The notes below the pieces were generated by a model, which searched no databases, was not told the DNA's origin, and saw nothing but the letters and a program-made list of their open reading frames with translations. A stretch of DNA of 64,000 nt from Gammaproteobacteria bacterium. Lineage in GTDB: Bacteria > Pseudomonadota > Gammaproteobacteria > Eutrophobiales > Eutrophobiaceae. Positions 49,126-58,977 of this stretch are shown piece after piece (the stretch's first letter is position 1; each line of letters opens with the position of its first letter). The stretch spans positions 2,496,001 to 2,560,000 of the forward strand of contig OZ220696.1 in assembly GCA_965116495.1 (NCBI GenBank). The letters are read 5' to 3'. Both the position numbers and the translations under genes were made by a program.

Positions 49126-49953
49126 TTAATCCAGGCTGAACAGGGTCGGGAGTGGTTCGGTAATAACAGGTTCGTCCAGAATTATATGTTCTCTTGTTCC
49201 CAGGTAGTGAGACAATCCAGGGTTTACAAAAAGTTCAATATCTTCAGTCAACATGTGCATCATGCGTTCAGCTTCAGGATCATTCATAGCGTCAGGGGCA
49301 GAGCGTGCGAGCCATGCCTCAGCCTGACCTATATTGGTATCCAGATTTTCAAACTCATCGCCCAGCAAAGATTTAAAATCATCAATAACTTTGGATTCGA
49401 CGCGATGACCCTGTATGTACTTATCAAAAGGCAAACGCTTTATGAACTGGCGCGCCAGGGTGCCATGACAGTTTATCCAGTGTAATTGGGCCTGGGCCAG
49501 AGACAATCCCGGCAGACGTTGCGGCACATAGAACACCTTCATATAGTTTGTGTCATCGGTTGCCACATAGCTCTCACGAGAAAAAACCTGAGGAATTTCA
49601 ATGGAAAGCCAGTAATCGGATCGTGAAAAGTTAACGTAGCTATTACAGGATTTGTGTAAATCAATTATTTCATTACGGACTTCTCTGCGGGCAAGACCTG
49701 ATTTAAAAAGTTCGAAGTCATTAATATGCATCTGATCGACGAAATCATACCCATCCGTTGCGGTGCCGTATATTTGAACAAGTAGTTTGTGTAGTTCATC
49801 TTCAAACAGGGTTTCGCATTTCACGTACTTGCGGATGCCCAGTTCACCTGCCAATTGCAAACTTTTTTCACTATGTTCATTCAACCAGAAATTTCTGAAA
49901 TCATCCGGAGATATATCATCATGCTTGCGAACGACGTAGTTAAGGGTAATCAT
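49126..49953 (-). CDS. Tandem EthD-domain protein (copy 2)
   Basis: RKHDDISPDDFRNFWLNEH and RLPGLSLAQAQLHWINCHG...YIQGH; colinear with 43307-44143. Confidence 0.75.
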   Translation of the reverse strand: MITLNYVVRKHDDISPDDFRNFWLNEHSEKSLQLAGELGIRKYVKCETLFEDELHKLLVQIYGTATDGYDFVDQMHINDFELFKSGLARREVRNEIIDLHKSCNSYVNFSRSDYWLSIEIPQVFSRESYVATDDTNYMKVFYVPQRLPGLSLAQAQLHWINCHGTLARQFIKRLPFDKYIQGHRVESKVIDDFKSLLGDEFENLDTNIGQAEAWLARSAPDAMNDPEAERMMHMLTEDIELFVNPGLSHYLGTREHIILDEPVITEPLPTLFSLD

Positions 49954-50005
49954 TGTTGAAATATTTCCACATTATTTATGTGTGCGCGGATTCCAGATAT
50001 ACGGA

Positions 50006-50806
50006 TTAAATTGCATAACCGCCATCCACCTTGATTTCCACACCTGTAGAGAAACCGGATGCATCGGAGGCCAGGTATAATACGGCGTAGGCAACCTCTT
50101 CAGGGATACCCAGACGCCCCATGGGATGCTGTCTTATAATCTCTTCGTTCATGGCTTTTATATCCCCTTCCATGAAGGTGTCTGCCCATGACTTCATTGC
50201 TGCCTGAGACATGGGAGATTCAATAACTGCCGGATGTACGGTATTGACGCGAATTCCCATATTGAGGTCGGCACACTCAACGGCAACCGCCTTGGAAAAT
50301 AAATGTACTGCCGCTTTACTTGCGCAATAGGCGGAATGGCCGGTACTTCCTTTTAAAGCGGCACAAGAAGATATATTGATAATGGAACCGCCTTGTCCTG
50401 CGACACCCTGAGGGCGCATCGCCCGAACGGCCTCCCTGGTACCCAGGAACACACCGTCGATATTGGTGGTCATGAGTTTTTTCCATTGTGTCAGAGACGT
50501 ATCAGACAAAAAACGAACGTCAAATATGCCGGCATTGTTTACGAGTATATTAAACCCGCCGAACATATCGATAGTGCCGTCAACGACCTCAGCCCATCCT
50601 CCTTCAGAGGTGACATCAAGGTGAAGGAAATGGGCTTCATAACCTGTGGCGCGAATGGAATGCGCGACGTCCTCACCCTCATCATCCAAAATATCAGTAA
50701 CAATTATTTTTGCGCCAGCTTCAGCCAGGGTCCTGGCACAGGACATACCTATACCCATTGCTGCGCCGGTGACAATAGCAACTTTGCCTTTCACATCGAT
50801 AGTCAT
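50006..50806 (-). CDS. SDR oxidoreductase (cyclopentanol/hydroxysteroid dehydrogenase-like)
   Basis: TGAAMGIG, HLDVT, NNAGI, YCASKAA and IRVNTVHP motifs. Confidence 0.88.
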   Translation of the reverse strand: MTIDVKGKVAIVTGAAMGIGMSCARTLAEAGAKIIVTDILDDEGEDVAHSIRATGYEAHFLHLDVTSEGGWAEVVDGTIDMFGGFNILVNNAGIFDVRFLSDTSLTQWKKLMTTNIDGVFLGTREAVRAMRPQGVAGQGGSIINISSCAALKGSTGHSAYCASKAAVHLFSKAVAVECADLNMGIRVNTVHPAVIESPMSQAAMKSWADTFMEGDIKAMNEEIIRQHPMGRLGIPEEVAYAVLYLASDASGFSTGVEIKVDGGYAI

Positions 50807-50835
50807 AACGAAAATCTCAAGTCAACCTGGTAGTT

Positions 50836-53166
50836 TCAAGCCTGGGGCTGATTTTCCACCTCCGGTTGCTTAAATACCTTTATAGGGGGTGCAGGCTTTG
50901 TGTATTTTTCTATTTCTACCAGACAACTATGGGCTGTCGGTCCCTGCGCCAGTTTTGATGTGCCTTTGTCCCGGGTCAGCACATTGGGATTACCGTGTAC
51001 CTCCAGGCTGTTGTCACTCTGCGGGTTTTCGGGGTCATACCAGGAGCCTGTGGGCAACTCCACTACTCGGGGTCTGATCCTATCCGTCAATTGCGCAGAT
51101 GCGAGACAGGCTCCGCGTTCATTGAACAGACGAACGATATCTCCGTCTTTTATGTCCCGGTGAGCAGCGTCTGACGGGTGCATACGAACTATTTCCCTGC
51201 CATGTATCTTTGCATCACGGCTGCTACGTCCAAAATCCAGTTGACTATGCAGCTTATTCTTCGGCTGGTTGGAAATAAGATGAAGAGGGTATTGCGTGGC
51301 GAGTTGACTCCCCAGCCACTCGTCTTTGTCGAGCCATGTCGGATGACCTGGACAATCATCATAATCAAAACCTGCAATTGTTTCAGAGTAAATCTCTATC
51401 CTGCCGGAGGGAGTGGTCAAAGGGTATTTCTCTGGATCCTTACGATATAATTCAATGGGCCACGCTTTTTGTGCAAACTGGTCTTTCATATCAATTTGTT
51501 CACCTGCCCAGAATTCATCAAAACCCGGTAACGTAACGTCAGCCTCGGCGGCATTCTCACGGGTTGTTTCATAGATATCTCTTACCCAGGCCATGGCGTC
51601 TTTTCCTTCCGTAAATTTTTCATGAAACCCAAGTCGCTTCGAGAGTTCGGAAAATATCTCATAATCGTCGCGAGACTGAGCGAATGGTTCGACCGCCTTG
51701 TGCATAGGTGTTAGAAAATGATCATAACTTCCACCACCTATATCGTGCCGTTCCAACGGTGTCGTACAAGGGAAGACAATATCAGCACGACGGGCGGTTG
51801 CCGTCCATACCATCTCGTTAACAATAATTGTCTCTGGTTTTGTCCATGCCCGACATAGGCGATTCAGGTCCTGGTGGTGGTGAAACGGATTGCCACCTGC
51901 CCAATATATCAACTGTATATCCGGGTATAAGTATGATTTACCGTCATAGTTGTAGGTTTTCCCTGGATTGAGAAGCATGTCCGCAATGCGCGCAACCGGA
52001 ATAAAAGTGTCCAACGGGTTTGATCCCTGAAGAAACGAGCCTAATGAAAAATTCGGCATAGACCGTCCGCCGAACCCGATATTGTGTATGCAGCCGTACC
52101 CAAATGTAATACCGCCGCCGGGCAATCCGATATAGCCCAATAATGACGCCAGTACCATTGCCATCCAATAACTCTGTTCACCGTGTTCCTGGCGCTGTAA
52201 TGACCAGCTTACACTGATCACACAGCGCCTGGCCGCCATGGTGTAAGCCAGTTTACGAATAATGTCTGCGTCAACAGTGCAGAGTTCTGCCGCCCAATCA
52301 GCGTCCTTGGACTGGCCGTCTGTTTCTCCCATCAAATAGGGCAAAAACCTGTCCCAACCGACGCAATACTTGTCGAGAAAAACTTGATCATGAAGGTTTT
52401 CTACTACCAGGGTATGTGCAAGACCCAACATAAACGCGACGTCACTGTTCGGAATACATGGAATCCAGTGTGCCCCGGTTTCATCAGCGATATCATCCCT
52501 GACCGGACTGATATTATAGACCTGTACGCCCGCATTCTTAAGTTCGTCAAGCTTGCCTTTTGCGCTATGGCATCCCAGGCCGCCTGCATTGACCTGGGTA
52601 TTTTTTAAGGCAGCGCCTCCAAACAAAACCAGGGAACCGGAATGTTCGATAATATCCTCTATTGTCTGTGGCTCCATAGCCCATTCGTAGAAAGATCTAC
52701 CGAACACATGAGGAAGAATTACCCAAGCCGCGGCACAGGAATAATCATCCCTGCTGTCAACATAACCGCCGAACATTTTAAGGAAACGATGAATCTGACT
52801 CTGGGCGTGATGAAATCTCCCCGCGCTGGCCCAACCGTAAGAACCTCCGAAAATAGCTTCATTGCCGTAATCGCGCCTGACCTGACTTAATGATTCTGCT
52901 GCAAGCTCCAAGGCCTTCTGCCAGTCAACCGGCACAAATGGTTCTTTGCCGCGTCTAGTTCTGTCACTTGAACGGCCGTCTTCCAGGTAACCTTTTCGAA
53001 CCATCGGCTGCGCGACACGAACATCCGGATCCTGCGCATCCAAAAGTGAGTGCCGTATATCGCTGGGATATTCATCAACCTCGTAAGTATGTATCTTCGC
53101 AAGTTTCCCATTTTCAGCTTGCACAAGATAATTACCCCAGTGACTTGCCGTTGGCATTGTGGCCAT
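50836..53166 (-). CDS. Molybdopterin oxidoreductase, DMSO-reductase family (BisC/TorZ-like), no Tat signal
   Basis: ASHWG, PMVRKGYL, FGGSYGWASAG.FH, DYSCAAA (Ser ligand), LHSQLD and HGNPNVLT.D.G.S.LAQG motifs. Confidence 0.88.
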   Translation of the reverse strand: MATMPTASHWGNYLVQAENGKLAKIHTYEVDEYPSDIRHSLLDAQDPDVRVAQPMVRKGYLEDGRSSDRTRRGKEPFVPVDWQKALELAAESLSQVRRDYGNEAIFGGSYGWASAGRFHHAQSQIHRFLKMFGGYVDSRDDYSCAAAWVILPHVFGRSFYEWAMEPQTIEDIIEHSGSLVLFGGAALKNTQVNAGGLGCHSAKGKLDELKNAGVQVYNISPVRDDIADETGAHWIPCIPNSDVAFMLGLAHTLVVENLHDQVFLDKYCVGWDRFLPYLMGETDGQSKDADWAAELCTVDADIIRKLAYTMAARRCVISVSWSLQRQEHGEQSYWMAMVLASLLGYIGLPGGGITFGYGCIHNIGFGGRSMPNFSLGSFLQGSNPLDTFIPVARIADMLLNPGKTYNYDGKSYLYPDIQLIYWAGGNPFHHHQDLNRLCRAWTKPETIIVNEMVWTATARRADIVFPCTTPLERHDIGGGSYDHFLTPMHKAVEPFAQSRDDYEIFSELSKRLGFHEKFTEGKDAMAWVRDIYETTRENAAEADVTLPGFDEFWAGEQIDMKDQFAQKAWPIELYRKDPEKYPLTTPSGRIEIYSETIAGFDYDDCPGHPTWLDKDEWLGSQLATQYPLHLISNQPKNKLHSQLDFGRSSRDAKIHGREIVRMHPSDAAHRDIKDGDIVRLFNERGACLASAQLTDRIRPRVVELPTGSWYDPENPQSDNSLEVHGNPNVLTRDKGTSKLAQGPTAHSCLVEIEKYTKPAPPIKVFKQPEVENQPQA

Positions 53167-53445
53167 TTTTATCTCTCGTCTATATTGTCTGTCTGGAGTT
53201 CCGACTATCCCTTGTATACTGTAATAACTCTTGCGGCCCTGAATCCGTTCACGTTACATCCTTCTTTTACATGCTCACGGCTAATTTTGACCGCCCGGGT
53301 TGAGAAGCTCTCTCATTAGTCCAGTGGCTCCCAGGTTCAATAATATGCCGTTCAATGCTAATGGAAATTCAGCCTGCTCAACTCACCTGAAAGTATGATT
53401 TTGCAGTCTAAAGGGAACTCCGGAATTAATCAGGGATCCCCTTAA

Positions 53446-53529
53446 TCAACGGAGTATGCCTAGCTCTTTCAGGCGCCGCACAGCCTGGGTACGGCGGGTC
53501 ACGCCAAGTTTGTTGAAAGATGAGCGCAC
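53446..53529 (-). pseudogene. 3' remnant of a LuxR/MalT-type HTH regulator
   Basis: Manual translation VRSSFNKLGVTRRTQAVRRLKELGILR*. It begins immediately at the repeat copy at 53531. Confidence 0.75.
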
Positions 53530-53530
53530 A

Positions 53531-53556
53531 AATGGGGTCAGGTCGCACAATGCACA
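53531..53556 (+). repeat. Third copy of the 28-bp repeat core
   Basis: aatggggtcaggtcgcacaatgcaca; one mismatch over 26 bp to 2549-2574. Confidence 0.9.
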
Positions 53557-53568
53557 TATAGTATCGGG

Positions 53569-56500
53569 TCAGGCAGCCTCAGGTTGCCTGACCGGATTAC
53601 GCCAGCACTCCCACAGTGATTGCAGTTTTGCACGCGTCCTGGCGACGTTCTCTGACTTGATGTAACCGTACCCGCGCACCTGTTCCGGCAAGCCGGCAAT
53701 CTCGATTGCCAGCGGATAATTTTCGTGGTCCAGGGTCTGCAGCAATTCGGCAACAGTCTGCTCATACTCGCTGATCAATTCCCGTTCCATCTTCCGCTCA
53801 GGTGTCCAGCCGAACGGATCGAACGGCGTGCCGCGCAGGAACCTGAGCCGCTTGAGTAGTCCGAACAGCGGCAACAGCCAGGAGCCGAATTCCATTTTGC
53901 CGGGCCTGCCGGTGAGCTTGTCCTTGCGCGCCAGCAGGGGTGGAGCAAGGTTGAAACGCAGGCTGTAATCGCCTTCAAACTGCTCGTCGAGTTTTTGTTT
54001 GAATGCCGGGTCGCAATACAATCGCGCAACCTCGTATTCGTCCTTGTAGGCCATCAACTTGTAGGCATAGCGGGCAACAGTTGCGGTCAGGCCCGTCCTG
54101 CCGGGGAACTGTTTCTGCTCCACAGCCTCAACCGAACGCACCAATGCCGTGTAGCGTTGCGCGTATGCCGCGTCCTGGTAATCCTTCAGATCCGCCGCGC
54201 GCCGCGTGATAAACGCTTCCAGCGGTTCGTCTGAAACATCAGTGTTAGCCTTATCCGGATTACCGCACAGTTCATTTACCGCTTCAGGGTTATGCGCGGC
54301 GCGGCGTCCCCAGGCAAACGCGTCCTGGTTCCATTGTACGGCCACACCGTTCATTTCTATCGACCGCATGATAGCCTCTTCCGACAACGGGATGAGTCCC
54401 TTCTGCCAGGCGTAGCCGACCATGAACAGGTTGCCCGCTATCGCATCGCCGAGCAGGCGCGTCGCCAGGCGGGTGCTTTCGATCATCTCGAGACGGTCGC
54501 GGCCCAACGCGCCTTGCAGGCGTTTTCGCAGGGATGAGCCGGGGTAGCGCAACTCGGCGTTGCGGGTGAAGTCACCGGTGATGGTCTCATGGGTGTTGAC
54601 TACGGCGTGTGTTTTGTCGGGGCTTAACACCGGGAGAACGCTGTCGCCGGCCGCCACGATTAGATCGCAGCCGAGCAACAGGTCAACGGCGCCGGCGTTC
54701 AGGCGCACGGCATTGATGCTCTCGGGCGTTGCGCCGATACGCAGGTGGGTCAGCACCGGCCCTCCCTTCTGGGCAAACCCCATCTGGTCAACCACCACGA
54801 TGGCGCGACCGTCGATATGTGCGGCCATGCCCAGCAGCGCACCGATCGTGACCACGCCGGTGCCGCCCACTCCGGCGATCAGGATGCCATGAGTGCCTGC
54901 CGTGAGATCGGGTTTATCGGGTTCCGGCAGAACGCGTAACGTTTGGGGCAAGGCATCGGCAACAGGGCCGATCCCCTTGCCTTTGCGCAGGCCGCCCCCG
55001 ACCACAGTGACGAAACTCGGGCAGAAACCTTCTGCGCAGGAATAGTCCTTGTTGCAGGAAGACTGGTCGATACTGCGCTTATGGCCGTAATCCGTGTCCA
55101 GGGGCTGTACCGACACACAATTGGACTGGACGCTGCAATCGCCGCAACCCTCACACACCCTGTCATTGATGAACAACCGCTTTGCCGGGTCGGGGAACAT
55201 GCCGCGCTTGCGCCGCCGGCGTTTTTCCGCGGCGCAGGTCTGGTCGTAAATGAGGACAGTCGTACCCTCAACCTCGCGCAGGTCACGCTGCACCTGGTCC
55301 AGTTCCCTGCGGTGATGCACGGCTGTTCCCGGCGCAAACCCGGGAGTGGCGCCGTATTGTTCCGGTTCATCCGTAACAACTTCAATCCTCTTTACCCCTT
55401 CGGCGTAAACCTGTTGAGTAATTTGCCGGACCGACAGGGGACCGTCCACGGGTTGACCGCCGGTCATGGCGACGGCATCGTTGTAGAGAATTTTATAGGT
55501 CATGTTCACGCCGGACGCTACGGCCGCGCGGATGGCAAGGGTCCCGGAATGGTAATAAGTGCCGTCCCCGATCTGGGCAAAGATGTGCCGGGTCTTCACG
55601 AACGGCGCCTGCCCGATCCAGGGCGCGCCCTCCCCGCCCATCTGGGTCCAGTTATAGACGTCCCGTTCCATCCAGGTAGCCATGAAGTGACACCCTACAC
55701 CGGCGGTTGCACGGCTCCCTTCAGGGACTTTGGTAGACGTGTTGTGGGGACAGCCGGAGCAAAAGTAGGGTAACCGGGAAATCTCCGCCGCTGGTCTTGA
55801 CAAGGCCTGTTCCTGCTGGTTTTTCAGGAACTCAAGGCGCGCCTGTAACCTGTCATTGTCATGGAAGTAGCTGATCCTGGCGGCGATTAACCGGGCGATC
55901 CGGTCTGCGTCCAGTGTCCCCGCCGGATCGACAAGCAATTGATCGTGTTCGTCGTGACGGCCGACGATGCGCGGCCGTTCTGATTCCGGCAGCAGATAAC
56001 AGGCCTTGCGCATCCCGTGTTCAACCTGTTCCCGTTTATCTTCGATGACGAATACTTCTTCCAGCCCCCGGGCGAATTCTCGGTAGCTCTGCTCGTCGAC
56101 CGGGAAAGGCATACCCACCTTGAGGACCGTGATGCCGACCGCCGCGGCTACGCCTTCGTCTATGCCCAGGTCCAGCAAGGCCTGCTGCACATCGCGCCAG
56201 GTCTTGCCCATGGCCGCAATCCCGAACCGGGGCCTGGCGGACGGGTGTGATATGAAATTAAGGTGGTTGGCCCGGGCGAAGGCAAGCGCGGCGGGCAGGC
56301 GGTAATGACGCAGGCGCGACTCCTGCAGGGAAAACATATCCCCTTGCCGGGAATTGACGCCGCCGGGCGGGAATTCAAATTCCGGGGTTAGAATTTTTAT
56401 ATGTTGATGATCCGCCCGGATGGACGCCGCAGTCTCTATCGTCTCAGGCAGCAGTTTGTAGCCAATCCAGTTGCCGCTGAACCGGGACAAGGCGATGCCC

Positions 56501-57054
56501 AGCAATCCCATATCGAACACTTCCTGGATGTCCGCCGGGTACAGGACCGGCATCAGCAGGTCTTCGAACAACAGTTCGGAGTGCCAGGCGGAGATGGTGG
56601 AGGTCATGTTCGGATCATCGCCCGACAGGATCAGCACACCGCCGTGTTCGGCGGAGCCATGCCAGTGGCCCTGCCGGATGGCGTCCAGGCTGCGGTCCAC
56701 GCCGGGCCCCTTGCCGTACCACATGCCGTAGATGCCGTCGTAGTTGGCATCGTCGAAATAATGGACCTGTTGCGTACCCCACAGGGCAGTGGCTGCCAGG
56801 TCTTCATTCAGGCCGGGCCAGAACTTGACGTGATGATCCTGTAAATGTTTCTCGGCGCGCCACAGTTGCTGGTCTATGGCCGTCATGGGCGAGCCGCGAT
56901 AACCGGAAATGAAGCCCGCGGTATTCAGGCCTGCAGCCTGGTCCCTGCGCCGTTGTACCAGCAACAGCCGGACAATGGCCTGGGTACCGGTAAGATAGAC
57001 CCGGCCCTCGTCCAGGGTAAATTTATCATCCAGCTTGACTGCGGCCAGCGCCAT
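53569..57054 (-). CDS. Indolepyruvate ferredoxin oxidoreductase family, fused alpha/beta
   Basis: GFISGYRGSP, WYGKGPGVDRS, YFCSGCPHN, GDGTYYHSG, CEGCGDCSVQSNC, GVGGTGVVT and KLMAYKDEYEVARL motifs. Confidence 0.93.
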   Translation of the reverse strand: MALAAVKLDDKFTLDEGRVYLTGTQAIVRLLLVQRRRDQAAGLNTAGFISGYRGSPMTAIDQQLWRAEKHLQDHHVKFWPGLNEDLAATALWGTQQVHYFDDANYDGIYGMWYGKGPGVDRSLDAIRQGHWHGSAEHGGVLILSGDDPNMTSTISAWHSELLFEDLLMPVLYPADIQEVFDMGLLGIALSRFSGNWIGYKLLPETIETAASIRADHQHIKILTPEFEFPPGGVNSRQGDMFSLQESRLRHYRLPAALAFARANHLNFISHPSARPRFGIAAMGKTWRDVQQALLDLGIDEGVAAAVGITVLKVGMPFPVDEQSYREFARGLEEVFVIEDKREQVEHGMRKACYLLPESERPRIVGRHDEHDQLLVDPAGTLDADRIARLIAARISYFHDNDRLQARLEFLKNQQEQALSRPAAEISRLPYFCSGCPHNTSTKVPEGSRATAGVGCHFMATWMERDVYNWTQMGGEGAPWIGQAPFVKTRHIFAQIGDGTYYHSGTLAIRAAVASGVNMTYKILYNDAVAMTGGQPVDGPLSVRQITQQVYAEGVKRIEVVTDEPEQYGATPGFAPGTAVHHRRELDQVQRDLREVEGTTVLIYDQTCAAEKRRRRKRGMFPDPAKRLFINDRVCEGCGDCSVQSNCVSVQPLDTDYGHKRSIDQSSCNKDYSCAEGFCPSFVTVVGGGLRKGKGIGPVADALPQTLRVLPEPDKPDLTAGTHGILIAGVGGTGVVTIGALLGMAAHIDGRAIVVVDQMGFAQKGGPVLTHLRIGATPESINAVRLNAGAVDLLLGCDLIVAAGDSVLPVLSPDKTHAVVNTHETITGDFTRNAELRYPGSSLRKRLQGALGRDRLEMIESTRLATRLLGDAIAGNLFMVGYAWQKGLIPLSEEAIMRSIEMNGVAVQWNQDAFAWGRRAAHNPEAVNELCGNPDKANTDVSDEPLEAFITRRAADLKDYQDAAYAQRYTALVRSVEAVEQKQFPGRTGLTATVARYAYKLMAYKDEYEVARLYCDPAFKQKLDEQFEGDYSLRFNLAPPLLARKDKLTGRPGKMEFGSWLLPLFGLLKRLRFLRGTPFDPFGWTPERKMERELISEYEQTVAELLQTLDHENYPLAIEIAGLPEQVRGYGYIKSENVARTRAKLQSLWECWRNPVRQPEAA

Positions 57055-57069
57055 GGGTTGACGTCCCGT

Positions 57070-57570
57070 CTAATACAGTTCCAGTTCGGCTTCTACTTCT
57101 ACCGGTATCCCGAACGGCAATTGCGCCATGCCGACCGCCGAGCGGGTGGAGAGGCCGCGCTCCCTGCCGAAAATTTCCAGTATGGTATTGGAGAAGCCGT
57201 TTATCACCAGCATCTGGTTCGTGAAATCCGGCGCCGAGTTGACCATGCCGAGCACCTTGACCCAGCTTTTTATCCGGTCCAGTTCGCCCAGTTCCCGTTG
57301 AATCGTGCCCAGCATGGACAGGGCGGTTTTGCGGGCGGCTGCCGCGCCCTGCTCCACGGTCAGGTCGGCGCCGACCTTGCCCAACGGCCGGGCGATGCTG
57401 CCGTCGGCCTCCTGGGGACCGTGGCCGGAGACCAGCACCCGCTTGCCGGTCACTTTGATAAAAGCGAGAGGCGCATCCATTCCCGGTGGTATCGCCAACG
57501 GCGCCGGCAATACCAGGCCGAGTTCCTTGATACGTTCATCAGGATTGGTTGAATTCAAGTCTTCAGTCAC
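57070..57570 (-). CDS. Rid (YjgF/YER057c/UK114) family protein
   Basis: LGLVLP, VSGHGP, GKVG, LGMVNSAPDF and TRSAVG...LP..IPVEVE, with the catalytic Arg present. Confidence 0.88.
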   Translation of the reverse strand: MTEDLNSTNPDERIKELGLVLPAPLAIPPGMDAPLAFIKVTGKRVLVSGHGPQEADGSIARPLGKVGADLTVEQGAAAARKTALSMLGTIQRELGELDRIKSWVKVLGMVNSAPDFTNQMLVINGFSNTILEIFGRERGLSTRSAVGMAQLPFGIPVEVEAELELY

Positions 57571-57771
57571 AATCTATTCCTCCACGATGATGGGTTTTAA
57601 CAATGACATTATGCTGATCGGACGGCAGACCGGCTTATCAAAATCGGCATACCAGTATTCGGAGATATACACCCGTGCAGGGATGGATAAGCCGCCTGCC
57701 GGGAAAGATTGGTATTTATATACTACAACTCGGATAATATTAACAGACGGATACACATTTACGGAGACAAC

Positions 57772-58947
57772 ATGCCGGTCTTACCCCGACGCTCGCGTCT
57801 GAACCATTGTCATAACATTGACGATTTACGCGAGGCGGCAAGAAAACGTCTGCCCAGGTTCATCTTCGATTATCTTGAAGGCGGCGCTGATGATGAATTT
57901 ACCCTGAACAGAAACCGCAGTGTCTTCACCGAGTATTACCTGTTGCAACGGGTACTGGTCGACATAGCCGGGATCGATACCTCAACCACCGTGCTGGGCG
58001 AGAAAGTTGCCTTGCCGATTATCTTTACCTCAACTGGCGCCAACAGACTCTACCATCCCGATGGAGAACTGGCCGTGGCCAGGGCCGCGGCCGAAGCAAA
58101 TATCATTCAGATACTGGCGGCGACTGCCATGGTGTCTTTTGATGACGTGGCCGCTGAAACAGCCGGCCACAAGTGGTGCCAGATGTATGTGTTGAAGGAC
58201 CGCGGCTTTACCCGTGAACTGACGGCACACTGCCGTAACCTTGGTTACCGGGCCATGGTACTGACCGCGGACTGCACGGTTGCCGGCAACAGGGAAAGAG
58301 ACTACCGCAACCGGTTTACACTGCCGCCCAAACCCACGCTGAAGACATTGCAACAATTGTCGGTACGCCCCGGCTGGCTGTGGGAATACCTGCGCTCGCC
58401 TGCCTATAGCTTTCCCAACTTTGCCGGAGCGCTGGACAGCCATGACGACGTTGCGTCTATTGTGCAATGGTTCGGCAACCAGATGGATACCACATTTACC
58501 TGGGAAGATGCCGCCAAACTGGCGGAAGAGTGGGGTGGTCCGTTCGTAATCAAGGGTATTACCAGTGTTGCAGACGCCAGGCTTGCCGCCGAGGTCGGCG
58601 CCCATGGAATTTCCCTGTCCAGTCACGGCGGCAGGCAACTGGATCATGCGCCGTCACCCATGGAAGTGTTGCAGGAGGTTGTGGACAGCGTCGGCGATAA
58701 ACTGGAAGTGTTCATCGACAGCGGTTTCAGGCGCGGCACGGATATAATCAAGGCGCTGGCGCTGGGCGCCCGCGCCTGTCTCATCGGCAGGCCTTATTTG
58801 TACGGCCTGACCGCGGGCGGTGAGGCGGGTGTTACGCGTACGATTGAGATCCTTCGCTCAGAGTTGGAACGTGACATGGCTCTCATGGGTACTACAAGCA
58901 TCGCCGGTATAACACCGGACTGTCTGCGCCGGCGCCGGGCCGGTTAA
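57772..58947 (+). CDS. FMN-dependent alpha-hydroxy acid dehydrogenase/oxidase (LldD-like)
   Basis: Probable start ATG 57772 (GGAG RBS); FDYLEGGA, GNRERD, IKGI, HGGRQLD and DSGFRRGTDIIKALALGA motifs. Confidence 0.9.
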   Translation: MPVLPRRSRLNHCHNIDDLREAARKRLPRFIFDYLEGGADDEFTLNRNRSVFTEYYLLQRVLVDIAGIDTSTTVLGEKVALPIIFTSTGANRLYHPDGELAVARAAAEANIIQILAATAMVSFDDVAAETAGHKWCQMYVLKDRGFTRELTAHCRNLGYRAMVLTADCTVAGNRERDYRNRFTLPPKPTLKTLQQLSVRPGWLWEYLRSPAYSFPNFAGALDSHDDVASIVQWFGNQMDTTFTWEDAAKLAEEWGGPFVIKGITSVADARLAAEVGAHGISLSSHGGRQLDHAPSPMEVLQEVVDSVGDKLEVFIDSGFRRGTDIIKALALGARACLIGRPYLYGLTAGGEAGVTRTIEILRSELERDMALMGTTSIAGITPDCLRRRRAG

Positions 58948-58977
58948 TTGAATTTCTGATTTTACGGCAGAGAGGCT

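Noticed and set aside
53567-53593. Hairpin ggtcaggcagcct-c-aggttgcctgacc over the IOR stop
   Set aside because: No U-tract and it lies mostly within coding sequence, so it cannot be called a terminator.
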